The position numbers were made by a program, and so were the translations under genes. 64,000 nucleotides of DNA, from contig DATNMO010000059.1 of NCBI GenBank assembly GCA_035602245.1, positions 91,062-155,061 of the forward strand, written 5' to 3'. Under the pieces are notes generated by a model. The model was not told where the DNA came from. It ran no database searches and saw only the letters and a list, made by a program, of their open reading frames with translations. This document shows, in pieces, positions 38,464 through 46,915 of this stretch (positions are counted from its first letter, which is position 1; each line of letters begins with the position of its first letter). Source of the DNA: Gemmatimonadales bacterium (GTDB taxonomy: Bacteria > Gemmatimonadota > Gemmatimonadetes > Gemmatimonadales > GWC2-71-9).

Positions 38464-39321
38464 CTACGACAGGAAGCTTTCCAGCGCGCGGGCCCGTGAT
38501 ACGTGCCGCAGCCGCGCCAGCGCCTTTTCCTTGAGCTGGCGGACCCGCTCGCGCGTGATGCCGAGCTGCGAGCCGATCTCCTCGAGCGTCATGGGCTCCT
38601 GGCCCTCGAGCCCGAAGTAGAGCCGCAGAATGCGCGCCTCGCGCTCCTTCAGCGTCGCCAGCACCGATTCGATCGACTCGGTGAGGGCGTGCTCGAAGAT
38701 CTCGTCGTCGGGGCCGGGATTGGTGGTGTCGGGCAGGTAGTCGAGCAGCTTGTTGTCTTCGCCCGGGGTGAGGGGCGCATCGAGCGAGAGATGGGCCTGG
38801 GAGATCGACAGCGTTTTCGCGACTTCTTCTTCGGAGATGTCCATTCCCTCGGCGATCTCCTCGACGGTCGGCTCCCGTCCTAGCTCCTGCAGCAGCGAGG
38901 CGGAGCGCTTGCCGATCCGGTGCAGCGTGCCGGCGCGGTTCAGGGGCACGCGCACGATGCGCGACTGCTCGGCGAGGGCCTGGAGAATCGCCTGGCGGAT
39001 CCACCACACCGCGTACGAGATGAACTTGATGCCCTTGGTCTCGTCGAACTTATGGGCGGCGCGGATCAGGCCGAGATTACCTTCGTTGATCAGGTCGGAG
39101 AGCGACACACCCTGGTTCTGGTACTTCTTGGCGACGGATACCACGAATCGCAGGTTCGAGCGGACGAGTTTGTCGAGCGCCTCCGGATCCTGCTGCTTGA
39201 TCCGCTGCGCGAGGGTGACCTCCTCCTCCCGCGTAATGAGCGGATACTGGCTGATTTCTCGCAGATACTGATCCAGAGACCCCTCATCGAAGGATGCGCG
39301 CTTCGCCGTGTTCAGCTGCAT
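38464..39321 (-). CDS. rpoD: RNA polymerase sigma factor, sigma-70 family group 1/2 (short SigA/RpoD type)
   Basis: 285 aa. Region 2 is NLRFVVSVAKKY...DLINEGNLGLIRAAHKFD..KGIKFISYAVWWIRQAI. Regions 3 and 4 follow, including LTLEEIGSQLGITRERVRQLKEKAL. Confidence 0.93.
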   Translation of the reverse strand: MQLNTAKRASFDEGSLDQYLREISQYPLITREEEVTLAQRIKQQDPEALDKLVRSNLRFVVSVAKKYQNQGVSLSDLINEGNLGLIRAAHKFDETKGIKFISYAVWWIRQAILQALAEQSRIVRVPLNRAGTLHRIGKRSASLLQELGREPTVEEIAEGMDISEEEVAKTLSISQAHLSLDAPLTPGEDNKLLDYLPDTTNPGPDDEIFEHALTESIESVLATLKEREARILRLYFGLEGQEPMTLEEIGSQLGITRERVRQLKEKALARLRHVSRARALESFLS

Positions 39322-39358
39322 GGAGTGGCCACTCCTCTCCGAAAGGAAGGTACCACAC

Positions 39359-40168
39359 TCACCGAATCAGCGAACCGAGCCGGCTCCAGCGAATGTCCGT
39401 CAGCCAGGGGAGCGGATCGCGCGCTCCCCGATCGTAGCTGAAATAGACGACGAGCGGCCGTCCCTTCACCGCACTCGCATCCACAAACCCCCAATAGCGC
39501 GAATCGGCCGAATTGTCGCGGTTATCCCCCAGCACGAAGTACTTGCGGGCCGGGACGCGCAGCGGACCCCACGTATCGCGCGTCGGGCGATAGCGCCGGC
39601 GCAGCTCGACGCTCCGCTGCACCAGGAACTCGCGCTGCCAGCTGAATTCGGGGTCGAAGCCATCGTGGAGCGGATCCACGCGCTGCACGTACGGCTCTGC
39701 GATCGCGCGGCTGTTCACGTACACCTGGCCGAGGCGCATCTCCACGAGGTCGCCCGGGGCGCCAATGACGCGCTTCACGTAACTGAGCGTCGGATCTTTG
39801 GGATAGGCGAAGACGATCACGTCGCCGCGGCGCGGCGTCTCGAAGCCCGGGAGCCGCGCGTTCGTGCCCGGGATCTGCGCGCCATAGACGGCTTTATTGA
39901 CGAACAAAAAATCCCCCGCCAGCAGCGTGCGCTCCATGGAGCCTGAGGGGATTTGAAATGCTTCGAGTAGGAACGTCCGAATGATGAGGAACAGCACCAG
40001 CGCCATGCCGAGCGAGCGCATCCAGCTGTCGAACCAGCGCGCCAGCACCGAGCGCCGTAATTCGGGGGGTGGCGGCAGCCGGGGCGTGTCGGTCGCGCCG
40101 GTTTCTGCCAAAGGGCCACCCAAGTCATGCATGTGACTTACGTTAGCAAGTGGGCCCGCACGGCGCAA
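39359..40168 (-). CDS. lepB: signal peptidase I
   Basis: Catalytic Ser in IPSGSMERTL and catalytic Lys in KRVIG, plus box E GDNRDNSADSRYWGFV. The start is either TTG 40168 or ATG 40132. Confidence 0.9.
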   Translation of the reverse strand: MRRAGPLANVSHMHDLGGPLAETGATDTPRLPPPPELRRSVLARWFDSWMRSLGMALVLFLIIRTFLLEAFQIPSGSMERTLLAGDFLFVNKAVYGAQIPGTNARLPGFETPRRGDVIVFAYPKDPTLSYVKRVIGAPGDLVEMRLGQVYVNSRAIAEPYVQRVDPLHDGFDPEFSWQREFLVQRSVELRRRYRPTRDTWGPLRVPARKYFVLGDNRDNSADSRYWGFVDASAVKGRPLVVYFSYDRGARDPLPWLTDIRWSRLGSLIR

Positions 40169-40388
40169 CAGTCACACCCCACCCCCGGGCCGCTCCCCAT
40201 TGCCGAACTCGGACTCGGAATTCGGGTGTCGGGTCCGCGTGACGGACGCGGGCGGCGAGACAGGCCACCCGGCCCTCGCGTTCGATGCGGCTCCATGTGA
40301 CCGCTGACTCGGCCAGCGCGTCGAGTGCGTCACACTCGAGCAGCGCCCCGCCGGTCGCCAGGACGACCACCACCGACTCGTACTCCAC
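40143..40388 (-). CDS. possible small protein (81 aa), unknown function
   Basis: ATG ORF in the 340-bp gap upstream of lepB. The first ~55 codons show the strong third-position G/C bias of real genes here (MEYESVVVVLATGGALLECDALDALAESAVTWSRIEREGRVA..). I recognised no family, and the tail is low quality. Confidence 0.25.
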   Translation of the reverse strand: MEYESVVVVLATGGALLECDALDALAESAVTWSRIEREGRVACLAARVRHADPTPEFRVRVRQWGAARGWGVTVAPCGPTC

Positions 40389-40509
40389 ATCCGGACGCTA
40401 GCGCCGGGTGCGTGACAGGCATCACCCTTTCGTCGCACAGAGGGTCGTTTGGACGCGAGGGTTGCAGTGTCTCTGATCGAAGGCTACGTCTGTCGGGGAG
40501 GTAGGGGCC

Positions 40510-42213
40510 ATGCTTGTTCAGAGTCCGACGGCCCAGCGCCAGCTCGACGAGATGGTCTCGCGTCTCCGGGAGGGAGCTGTGGTCTTTGCGCGGCTGTCGC
40601 TCGAGGATCGGATCGCCCTCGCCCGCTCCATGCAGGCGGGTTACATGCGGATTGCAGCAGCGAGCGTACGGGCCGCGTGCGAGGCCAAGGGTATCGCCCC
40701 TGGCACGCCCGTCGAGGGCGAAGAATGGGCGTCCGGTCCGTGGGGCGTCGTGCGCCACTTGAGACTCGTGATGGAATCCCTGCGATCCATCCGGCGCACC
40801 GGCACCACGCCGATCGGTCCCGTCAGCCGGACGATGGACGGGCGGGTCGCGGTCCGCGTCTTTCCGGCGAACGGCGTCGACCGGCTGCTGTCCTCCGGCA
40901 TCACCGTGGACGTGCATCTCAGGGAGGGCGTGAGCGAACAGGCGCTCGAGGCCACGCGTGCGAGCCTGTACAAGGGCCGCGCTCACGGGAGCCGCACGGT
41001 CCTCGTGCTCGGCGCCGGCAATATCGCCGCCATCCCGGCGATGGATGTCATCACCAAGCTCTTCAACGAAGGCGCGGTCTGCCTCCTCAAGATGAATCCG
41101 GTGAACGCCTACCTCGGTCCGTTCTTTGAGCAGGCGTTCGCCGATGCTATCGCCCGGAATTTCCTCGCGATGGCGTACGGAGGCCCGGACGTAGGGGCAT
41201 ATCTGTGCCACCACCCCGGGATCGACGAAATCCACCTGACCGGATCAGCCGCGACCTACGACGCGATCGTCTGGGGACCGCCGGGCGCCGAGCGCGAGGC
41301 ACGCAAGGCGCGGAACGAACCGGTCGTCACCAAGCCGGTGACCGCGGAGCTCGGGAACGTTTCTCCCGTGCTCGTCGTGCCCGGGCCCTACACCGAGAGC
41401 GAGCTGGCCTTCCGGGCCGAGTACATCGCGGGGGCCGTGACCTGCAACGCATCGTTTCTCTGCACCGCCGCGAAGATGCTGGTGACGCCCAAGGCTTGGG
41501 ACAAGCGGGCGCCCTTCCTCGCCGCCATCGAGCGCGCGTTTGCCCCGGTGCCGGTGCGCAAAGCCTATTACCCGGGGGCGGCGGAGCGCTGGCAGCACCT
41601 CACGGAGGGGCGGGCCGGCGTTCGCACCATCGGGACGGCCGGCCGGGGCGAGCTGCCCTGGACGATTCTACCCGGTCTCGATGCCGCGGACGCCCGTGAG
41701 CGCGCGTTTACCACCGAGCCGTTCTGCTCGGTGCTGTCCGAGACGGAGGTCGGCAGTGATGACCCGGTCGAGTTCCTCGACCGCGCGGTGGACTTCGCCA
41801 ACAACCGGCTGTGGGGCACATTGTCGGCGGATCTCGTGGTCCATCCGAAGTCTCTGAAGGATCCTCGCGTCGCCGCGGCACTCGAGCGGGCGATCGGGCG
41901 GCTCCGCTACGGCGCGGTGACGGTGAACAGCTGGAGCGGCTTCCTCTTCGCGTTCGGCACGCCGCCGTGGGGCGCGCATCCGAGCTCGACCTCCGTGGAC
42001 ATCCAAAGCGGGAATGCCTGGGTGCACAATGCGCTGATGCTCGAGGGCATCGAGAAGGCGGTGTTGCGGCACCCGCTCACGATCCGCCCGAAGCCGGTCT
42101 CGTTCCCGAGCCATCGCACCGCGCATACGCTCATGCGGCGCTTGACGGCGCTGGAAGAGCGCGGGAGCTGGTCCAAGGTGCCCGGTGTGATCGCGGCGGC
42201 GATCCGAGGATGA
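40510..42213 (+). CDS. aldehyde dehydrogenase family protein (long, ~567-aa type)
   Basis: NAD-binding/ALDH core with LGAGNIAAIP, the catalytic Glu context TAELGNVSPVLV and the Cys context FLCTAAK. Confidence 0.85.
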   Translation: MLVQSPTAQRQLDEMVSRLREGAVVFARLSLEDRIALARSMQAGYMRIAAASVRAACEAKGIAPGTPVEGEEWASGPWGVVRHLRLVMESLRSIRRTGTTPIGPVSRTMDGRVAVRVFPANGVDRLLSSGITVDVHLREGVSEQALEATRASLYKGRAHGSRTVLVLGAGNIAAIPAMDVITKLFNEGAVCLLKMNPVNAYLGPFFEQAFADAIARNFLAMAYGGPDVGAYLCHHPGIDEIHLTGSAATYDAIVWGPPGAEREARKARNEPVVTKPVTAELGNVSPVLVVPGPYTESELAFRAEYIAGAVTCNASFLCTAAKMLVTPKAWDKRAPFLAAIERAFAPVPVRKAYYPGAAERWQHLTEGRAGVRTIGTAGRGELPWTILPGLDAADARERAFTTEPFCSVLSETEVGSDDPVEFLDRAVDFANNRLWGTLSADLVVHPKSLKDPRVAAALERAIGRLRYGAVTVNSWSGFLFAFGTPPWGAHPSSTSVDIQSGNAWVHNALMLEGIEKAVLRHPLTIRPKPVSFPSHRTAHTLMRRLTALEERGSWSKVPGVIAAAIRG

Positions 42214-42225
42214 GTTAGGCGACCC

Positions 42226-43719
42226 CTAGATCTCGGTGTCGATCTGCGCCCGCTGCAGCGTCCCTGAGTAATCGACGTAGATCGTCTTGGTCTCGGAATA
42301 GAAGTCGTACACCTCCCACCCCCCCTCGCGGTGGCCATTGCCGGTCTGCTTTACGCCGCCGAAGGGGAGGTGGGCCTCGGCGCCGATCGTGGGCGCGTTG
42401 ATGTAGGTGATCCCCGTCTCGAGGTCCACCATGGAGCGGAACGCCCCGTTGATGTCCCGCGTGTACAGGGAGCTCGACAACCCGTACTTCACGTCGTTGT
42501 TGATGCGGATCGCCTCGCTCAAATCCTTGGCCTTGAGGACCGCCAGGACGGGTCCGAAGATCTCCTCCTGCTCGACCCGCATCCCAGGCTTCACACCGGC
42601 CACGACGGTCGGCTCGTAGAACCAGCCGCACTCGAGCCGCTTGTCTCCCTGCGGAATCCGGCCGCCGATCGCGACCGTGGCGCCTTCTTTCTTGGCGATC
42701 GCCACGTACTCCGCGACCTTCTGCCGCGCTTCCTCGTGGATCAACGGCCCGACCTCGGTCTTGTCATCGAGACCCGGCCCCAGTCGCAGCTTTGCGGCGC
42801 GATCGCAGACCATCTTGAGGAACCCGTCGTGGATCTTCTCGTGCAGGATGAGGCGGCTTGTCGCCGTGCACCGCTGGCCCGTGGTGCCGAAGGCGCCCCA
42901 CAACGCACCTTCGAGCGCGAGATCGAGATCGGCATCATCCATCACCATCATCGCGTTCTTGCCGCCCATTTCGAGCGACAGCCGCTTGTGCATCTTGCCG
43001 CAGGTCGCGCCGATCATCGAGCCGGTTTCCGTCGAGCCCGTGAACGAAATCACGGGCACGTCGGGATGCTCGACGAGCGCGCGCCCGACGACTGACCCCT
43101 GGCCATGGACGAGCTGCACGACCTCCGGGGGCAGCCCAGCTGCGAGCAGCACTTCGACCAAGAGGTGGCCGGTATGGGGCACGTCTTCGGCGGGCTTGAA
43201 GATCACTGCGTTCCCGCACAGGAGCGCGGGAAACATTTTCCACGTCGGGATCGCGAGCGGGAAGTTGAACGGGGTGATCAGGCCCGCGAGACCGATCGGC
43301 CGGCGGTAGCTCATCGCCCACTTGTTGCGCAGCTCGGACGGCACCACGCGCCCGAATAGCCGCCGGCCTTCGGTGGCAGCGTAGAACGCGGTGTCGATTC
43401 CCTCTTGCACGTCGCCGCGCGTCTCAGCCAGCACCTTGCCCATCTCGCGCGTCATCGCGCGCGCGATCTCCTCCTTGCGCTCCACCAGCAGCTGCCCGAT
43501 CCGCAGCAGCACCTGGCCACGAATCGGCGCGGGAGTCTGAGACCACTGAGTGAAGCCGCGCTGCGCCGATGCGATCGCCCGTTTCAGGTCGTCGGGGCCC
43601 GATCGGGGGAATCGCCCGATCACATCATTCCAATCGGCGGGGTTCCGGTTCTCGAAGTACTCGCCCGTGGACGGAGCGACCCACTCACCGGCAATGAAGT
43701 TCTTGAAGTCGGCAGCCAT
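42226..43719 (-). CDS. aldehyde dehydrogenase family protein (NAD(P)-dependent)
   Basis: From ATG 43719 the product begins MAADFKNFIAGEWV. Classical motifs are FTGSTETG, LEMGGKNAMMV and GQRCTATSRL. The ORF-track extension to 44019 is unconserved. Confidence 0.9.
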   Translation of the reverse strand: MAADFKNFIAGEWVAPSTGEYFENRNPADWNDVIGRFPRSGPDDLKRAIASAQRGFTQWSQTPAPIRGQVLLRIGQLLVERKEEIARAMTREMGKVLAETRGDVQEGIDTAFYAATEGRRLFGRVVPSELRNKWAMSYRRPIGLAGLITPFNFPLAIPTWKMFPALLCGNAVIFKPAEDVPHTGHLLVEVLLAAGLPPEVVQLVHGQGSVVGRALVEHPDVPVISFTGSTETGSMIGATCGKMHKRLSLEMGGKNAMMVMDDADLDLALEGALWGAFGTTGQRCTATSRLILHEKIHDGFLKMVCDRAAKLRLGPGLDDKTEVGPLIHEEARQKVAEYVAIAKKEGATVAIGGRIPQGDKRLECGWFYEPTVVAGVKPGMRVEQEEIFGPVLAVLKAKDLSEAIRINNDVKYGLSSSLYTRDINGAFRSMVDLETGITYINAPTIGAEAHLPFGGVKQTGNGHREGGWEVYDFYSETKTIYVDYSGTLQRAQIDTEI

Positions 43720-43724
43720 GGATG

Positions 43725-44198
43725 TCAGGGTTCGGGACAGAAGAAAGGTGCCTCGTTCTTCGCATAGCCGACGCGGGGCAGCACTTCGCGCGCCGCCAGC
43801 ACGAGTCCCCAAATGATGAGGCCGAACGACAACGCGTGCGCGAGGCCGAGCCGCCGCTTCCACGACGAAATCGCGCTCCACACGCCTGCCACGATTACGG
43901 TGGTCGCGCCGATAAGATAGAAGATCAGCTTGAGACCGCAGCCGTGGGTGTAAGGCCAGGCCAGCATCCCAATTCCCAGTACGAGGCCGAGCCCGACCCG
44001 GAACCAGGTGCTGAGCCAATCGCGGCCGCGCGCGCGGCCCGGCATGTCGGGAGCGTGGCCAGCCGGGGACCGGGGATAGACGGGGACCGTGGGCACGCCG
44101 CGCCCGAGCGTCGGATCGGCCTCCGGCAGCTTCTTGAGGAGCTTGTCCACCTCCCGCATCTCACGATCCCAGTCCCGATCTTTTTCTTTGTCCGCCAC
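43725..44198 (-). CDS. hypothetical membrane protein (3 predicted TM helices)
   Basis: 157 aa. A charged N-terminus (MADKEKDRDWDREMREVDKLLKK) precedes three hydrophobic helices. The start overlaps the ntrC-like stop by 1 nt. Confidence 0.6.
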   Translation of the reverse strand: MADKEKDRDWDREMREVDKLLKKLPEADPTLGRGVPTVPVYPRSPAGHAPDMPGRARGRDWLSTWFRVGLGLVLGIGMLAWPYTHGCGLKLIFYLIGATTVIVAGVWSAISSWKRRLGLAHALSFGLIIWGLVLAAREVLPRVGYAKNEAPFFCPEP

Positions 44199-45598
44199 TA
44201 TGCCTCCCGGGCCAGGCCGTACCGCTCGATCTTCTTGTACAGGTTGCTCCGCGGCATCTGCAATGTGCGCGCCGTTTCCGACACGTTCCAGTCGTGCTCC
44301 TGCAGCTTGCCGAGCAGGAACGCCCGCTCGGCGGCCTGCTTGAACTCCTCGAACGTGGCCGCGCGCATCCAGGCGGCATCTTCTCCCGGCTCCCCGCTTC
44401 CCCCCATCCCCCGTCCCGCGTCGCCCCGCCCAACTAACCGCTCGACATCGGCTTGTGTCACAGTGAGGCCACTGGCGAGGATCAACAGCCGCTCGACGGC
44501 GTTCTTGAGCTCGCGAATGTTGCCGGGCCAGTCGTGCGCCGTCAGCCGCTCGAGCGCGGCGGGCTCGATCTCCTTCGGGGGCAGACGTCCCCCCCCGCCC
44601 GGTCGCGTCAACTCGGCGACAAAATGCGCGACGAGCTGCGGAATGTCGCCGCGGCGCTCGCGCAGCGGCGGCACGTGGATCGGCACCACGTTGAGCCGAT
44701 ACAGCAGATCCTCGCGGAACCGGCTTTCGCGGATCTCCCGGTCGAGACGCTTATTGGTCGCGGCGACCACGCGCACGTCCACGGGCAGCGCCTTCCCGGA
44801 CCCGACGCGCGAGATCACGCCCTCCTGCAGCGCGCGCAGCACCTTGGCCTGCGCCGACAAGCTCATGTCGCCGATCTCGTCGAGAAACAGCGTTCCACCG
44901 TCGGCCAGCTCGAACTTACCCGCGCGGTCCGCGAACGCACCGGTGAAGCTGCCCTTCACATGGCCGAACAGCTCGCTCTCGATCAGCTCCGTGGGAATCG
45001 CCGCGCAGTTGACTTCGACGAATGGGCCGGACGCGCGCGGGCTGAGCGCGTGAATGGCGCGGGCGACGAGCTCTTTCCCCGTGCCGTTCTCGCCCGTGAT
45101 CAACACGCGGGCCGGCGTGGGCGCCACCTTCTCGAGCAGACCGATCACGTGGCGGATGGCCTTGCTCGATCCGACGATCTCGTACTGCGCGCGCACTTCC
45201 TGCTTCAAGCGCACGTTCTCACTCACCAGCACGATGTGCTGCAGCGCGTTGCGCAGCGTGAGGAGAATGCGGTCGGTGTCGAGCGGCTTCTCGAGGAAGT
45301 CGTAGGCGCCGAGCTGCGTCGCCTCGACGGCGGTTTGGATCGTGCCGTGGCCCGAGATCATGACGATCTGAGCCTGGGGATCGAGCTCACGCAACCGCTT
45401 CAAGGTCTCGAGCCCATCCAGGCCTTCCATCTTCACGTCGAGGAAGACGAGGTGCGGCTGGAATTCGGGGTAGACGCGGGTCGCTTCGTGACCAGAGGCG
45501 CAGGCCTGCACCTCGATCTCTTCGTACTCGAGGACCTGCTTCAGCGCCTCGCGGATCCCCTTCTCGTCGTCGACGATCAACACGCGGCGTGGGCTCAC
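44198..45598 (-). CDS. sigma-54-dependent Fis-family response regulator (NtrC-type enhancer-binding protein)
   Basis: The REC domain is VLIVDDEKGIREAL...FLDVKMEGLDG. The AAA+ domain has GENGTGKELVARAIH, a GAFTGA-like GSFTGA and VRVVAATN. The C-terminal Fis HTH is NVSETARTLQMPRSNLYKKIERYGL. Confidence 0.93.
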   Translation of the reverse strand: MSPRRVLIVDDEKGIREALKQVLEYEEIEVQACASGHEATRVYPEFQPHLVFLDVKMEGLDGLETLKRLRELDPQAQIVMISGHGTIQTAVEATQLGAYDFLEKPLDTDRILLTLRNALQHIVLVSENVRLKQEVRAQYEIVGSSKAIRHVIGLLEKVAPTPARVLITGENGTGKELVARAIHALSPRASGPFVEVNCAAIPTELIESELFGHVKGSFTGAFADRAGKFELADGGTLFLDEIGDMSLSAQAKVLRALQEGVISRVGSGKALPVDVRVVAATNKRLDREIRESRFREDLLYRLNVVPIHVPPLRERRGDIPQLVAHFVAELTRPGGGGRLPPKEIEPAALERLTAHDWPGNIRELKNAVERLLILASGLTVTQADVERLVGRGDAGRGMGGSGEPGEDAAWMRAATFEEFKQAAERAFLLGKLQEHDWNVSETARTLQMPRSNLYKKIERYGLAREA

Positions 45599-46260
45599 CG
45601 GCTAGCCCTCCTGGCCCGGTACAGGATCACGCCCGTGGGATGGATCGCGATGTCGGACACCGCGGGGTCCACTTTCAGCGGAATGGCGCCGTCGGGTGAT
45701 GCGCCGGCCATCTGCCGCGCGACCGAGCGCACGGCCGGCCCGGGGAACGCGAATCCGCGGAGACTGATCTCGCGAATCGTGAAGCGGGCGGTGCCGGGCC
45801 GCTCGATCACGAGCGTCCCGCCGAGTTGCAGCGGCTCTCGCGGTCCGACCATTCCGGCCAGCGGCCCGAGGGCGCCGGGCGGCAAGGCACGCGTATCGAG
45901 CCGCGCGTGCAGGACCAGCGCCCCCTCCTGCAGCTCCACGCGCAGGGAATCGTACATTTTGCGCACGCTCCAATCGATCCCGGAGCCGATGAGCGAGGCC
46001 ATTTCGTTGGGTGTCAGCACGACCGAGTCGGGCCCGCCGGCGGTCCTGAGACTGCCGAGCTTCACGTTGCCCGACGCCGTCGCTGCCGGCGTCGGCGCGC
46101 CCACCCCCGTGTCGGTCACCGGCGGCAGGGCCTGCGGGCGGCCGAACCAACGCGCACCGGTACGCAGGATCGGCTCGCGGAACCACCATGCCAGCGCCAG
46201 CGCGGCGATCACGACGGCGAGGCAGCCGAGTCGGAAGAGTCCTTTAAGACAGCCGTTCAC
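45595..46260 (-). CDS. hypothetical N-terminally membrane-anchored protein
   Basis: 221 aa. The anchor is LFRLGCLAVVIAALALAWWF, and the remainder is predicted to be extracytoplasmic. The stop overlaps the ntrC-like start by 4 nt. I recognised no family. Confidence 0.55.
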   Translation of the reverse strand: MNGCLKGLFRLGCLAVVIAALALAWWFREPILRTGARWFGRPQALPPVTDTGVGAPTPAATASGNVKLGSLRTAGGPDSVVLTPNEMASLIGSGIDWSVRKMYDSLRVELQEGALVLHARLDTRALPPGALGPLAGMVGPREPLQLGGTLVIERPGTARFTIREISLRGFAFPGPAVRSVARQMAGASPDGAIPLKVDPAVSDIAIHPTGVILYRARRASR

Positions 46261-46915
46261 GATGTTTCACCTGATACACCGGGCCCCCCGGTTGGAGCGT
46301 GCTCTCCATCAAGTCCAGGTCAGGAACGGTCACCGTGGCGGCGAAGGCGAGTCCCGCGAGCATCTCAGCGAGCCCGGCGAAATCGCGCGGCCGCGCGTCT
46401 CGCCCCGCGCGCCCCAGCGTCACATGCGGCCGGAACGCCCGCGCCTCCGTCGGGAAGCCGAGCGGCGCGAACGCCTGCTCCACGGCGTGCTGCAACAGCT
46501 CCAATGCCGGATCGGGCGCGACGCCGGCCCAGAGGACGCGCGGGCGATGAGAGTCCGGGAACACGCCGAATCCCTCGATGTGCACGGTGCGCGCCCGCGC
46601 TTCCGTGCGCGATCCGGCCGCTTGCTTCAGCGCCGCGCGCAGCTCGGGCTCACGCGCATCTTCGACATCGCCCAGGAACTTGAGACTCAGGTGAATGTTC
46701 TCCGGGCGCACCCATTTCACCGGCAGTTCCTCGCGGCGCTGGCGCAGCGGCGCGACCGCGTCCCACAACTCTTGGCGCACGCCCGCGGGGAAGTTCAGGG
46801 CGACGAAGGCTCTAACAGGCTCCCCCGGCGGTAGCCGCGCGGGTCCACATCTACACGTGCGAACCCGAGCGCGGTGAGATGATCTTCGATCTCGGCGCGT
46901 CGTTCGGCGACCCAC
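46244..46915 (-). CDS. thpR: RNA 2',3'-cyclic phosphodiesterase (2H phosphoesterase, ThpR/LigT family)
   Basis: It has two HxT/S motifs (IHLSLKFLG and PHVTLGRA) and the typical N-terminus RAFVALNFP. The conserved core starts at about nt 46813, but there is no ATG, GTG or TTG there. The nearest in-frame start is GTG 46915, inside the upstream larE-like gene. Confidence 0.78.
   Translation of the reverse strand: MGRRTTRRDRRSSHRARVRTCRCGPARLPPGEPVRAFVALNFPAGVRQELWDAVAPLRQRREELPVKWVRPENIHLSLKFLGDVEDAREPELRAALKQAAGSRTEARARTVHIEGFGVFPDSHRPRVLWAGVAPDPALELLQHAVEQAFAPLGFPTEARAFRPHVTLGRAGRDARPRDFAGLAEMLAGLAFAATVTVPDLDLMESTLQPGGPVYQVKHRERLS

Noticed and set aside
40450-40465. A sigma-54-like element, TGGAC-N7-TTGC, upstream of the 567-aa aldehyde dehydrogenase.
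   Set aside because: The GG-to-GC spacing is 13 nt instead of the strict 12, and the -24 element is TGGAC rather than TGGCAC. Sigma-54 promoters tolerate almost no spacing change. All other TGGCAC hits I saw lie inside coding sequence.
40169-40509. A search for tRNA, rRNA or riboswitch genes in the intergenic gaps. This 340-bp gap is the largest. The others are 47608-47766, 63296-63465, 22765-22886, 20307-20426, 21099-21175 and 57828-57897.
   Set aside because: I saw no cloverleaf-compatible arms or GTTCGAATC-type T-loop, no rRNA-like conservation and no riboswitch core that I recognise. This was checked by eye only; tRNAscan-SE or Infernal would settle it.
40510-43719. Two convergent aldehyde dehydrogenase genes considered as a possible recent duplication or inverted repeat.
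   Set aside because: The two proteins differ in length and in motif contexts (ELGNVSPVLV/FLCTAAK versus LEMGGKNAMMV/GQRCTATS). I see no nucleotide-level inverted repeat, so they are distinct ALDH subfamilies.
44453-46834. A 793-aa plus-strand ORF, and the 443-aa ORF at 43722-45053, opposite the ntrC-like operon.
   Set aside because: They are antisense to four well-supported genes (AAA+/REC motifs, 2H phosphoesterase motifs). The product is Arg/Ala/Gly/His-rich with no recognisable domain.
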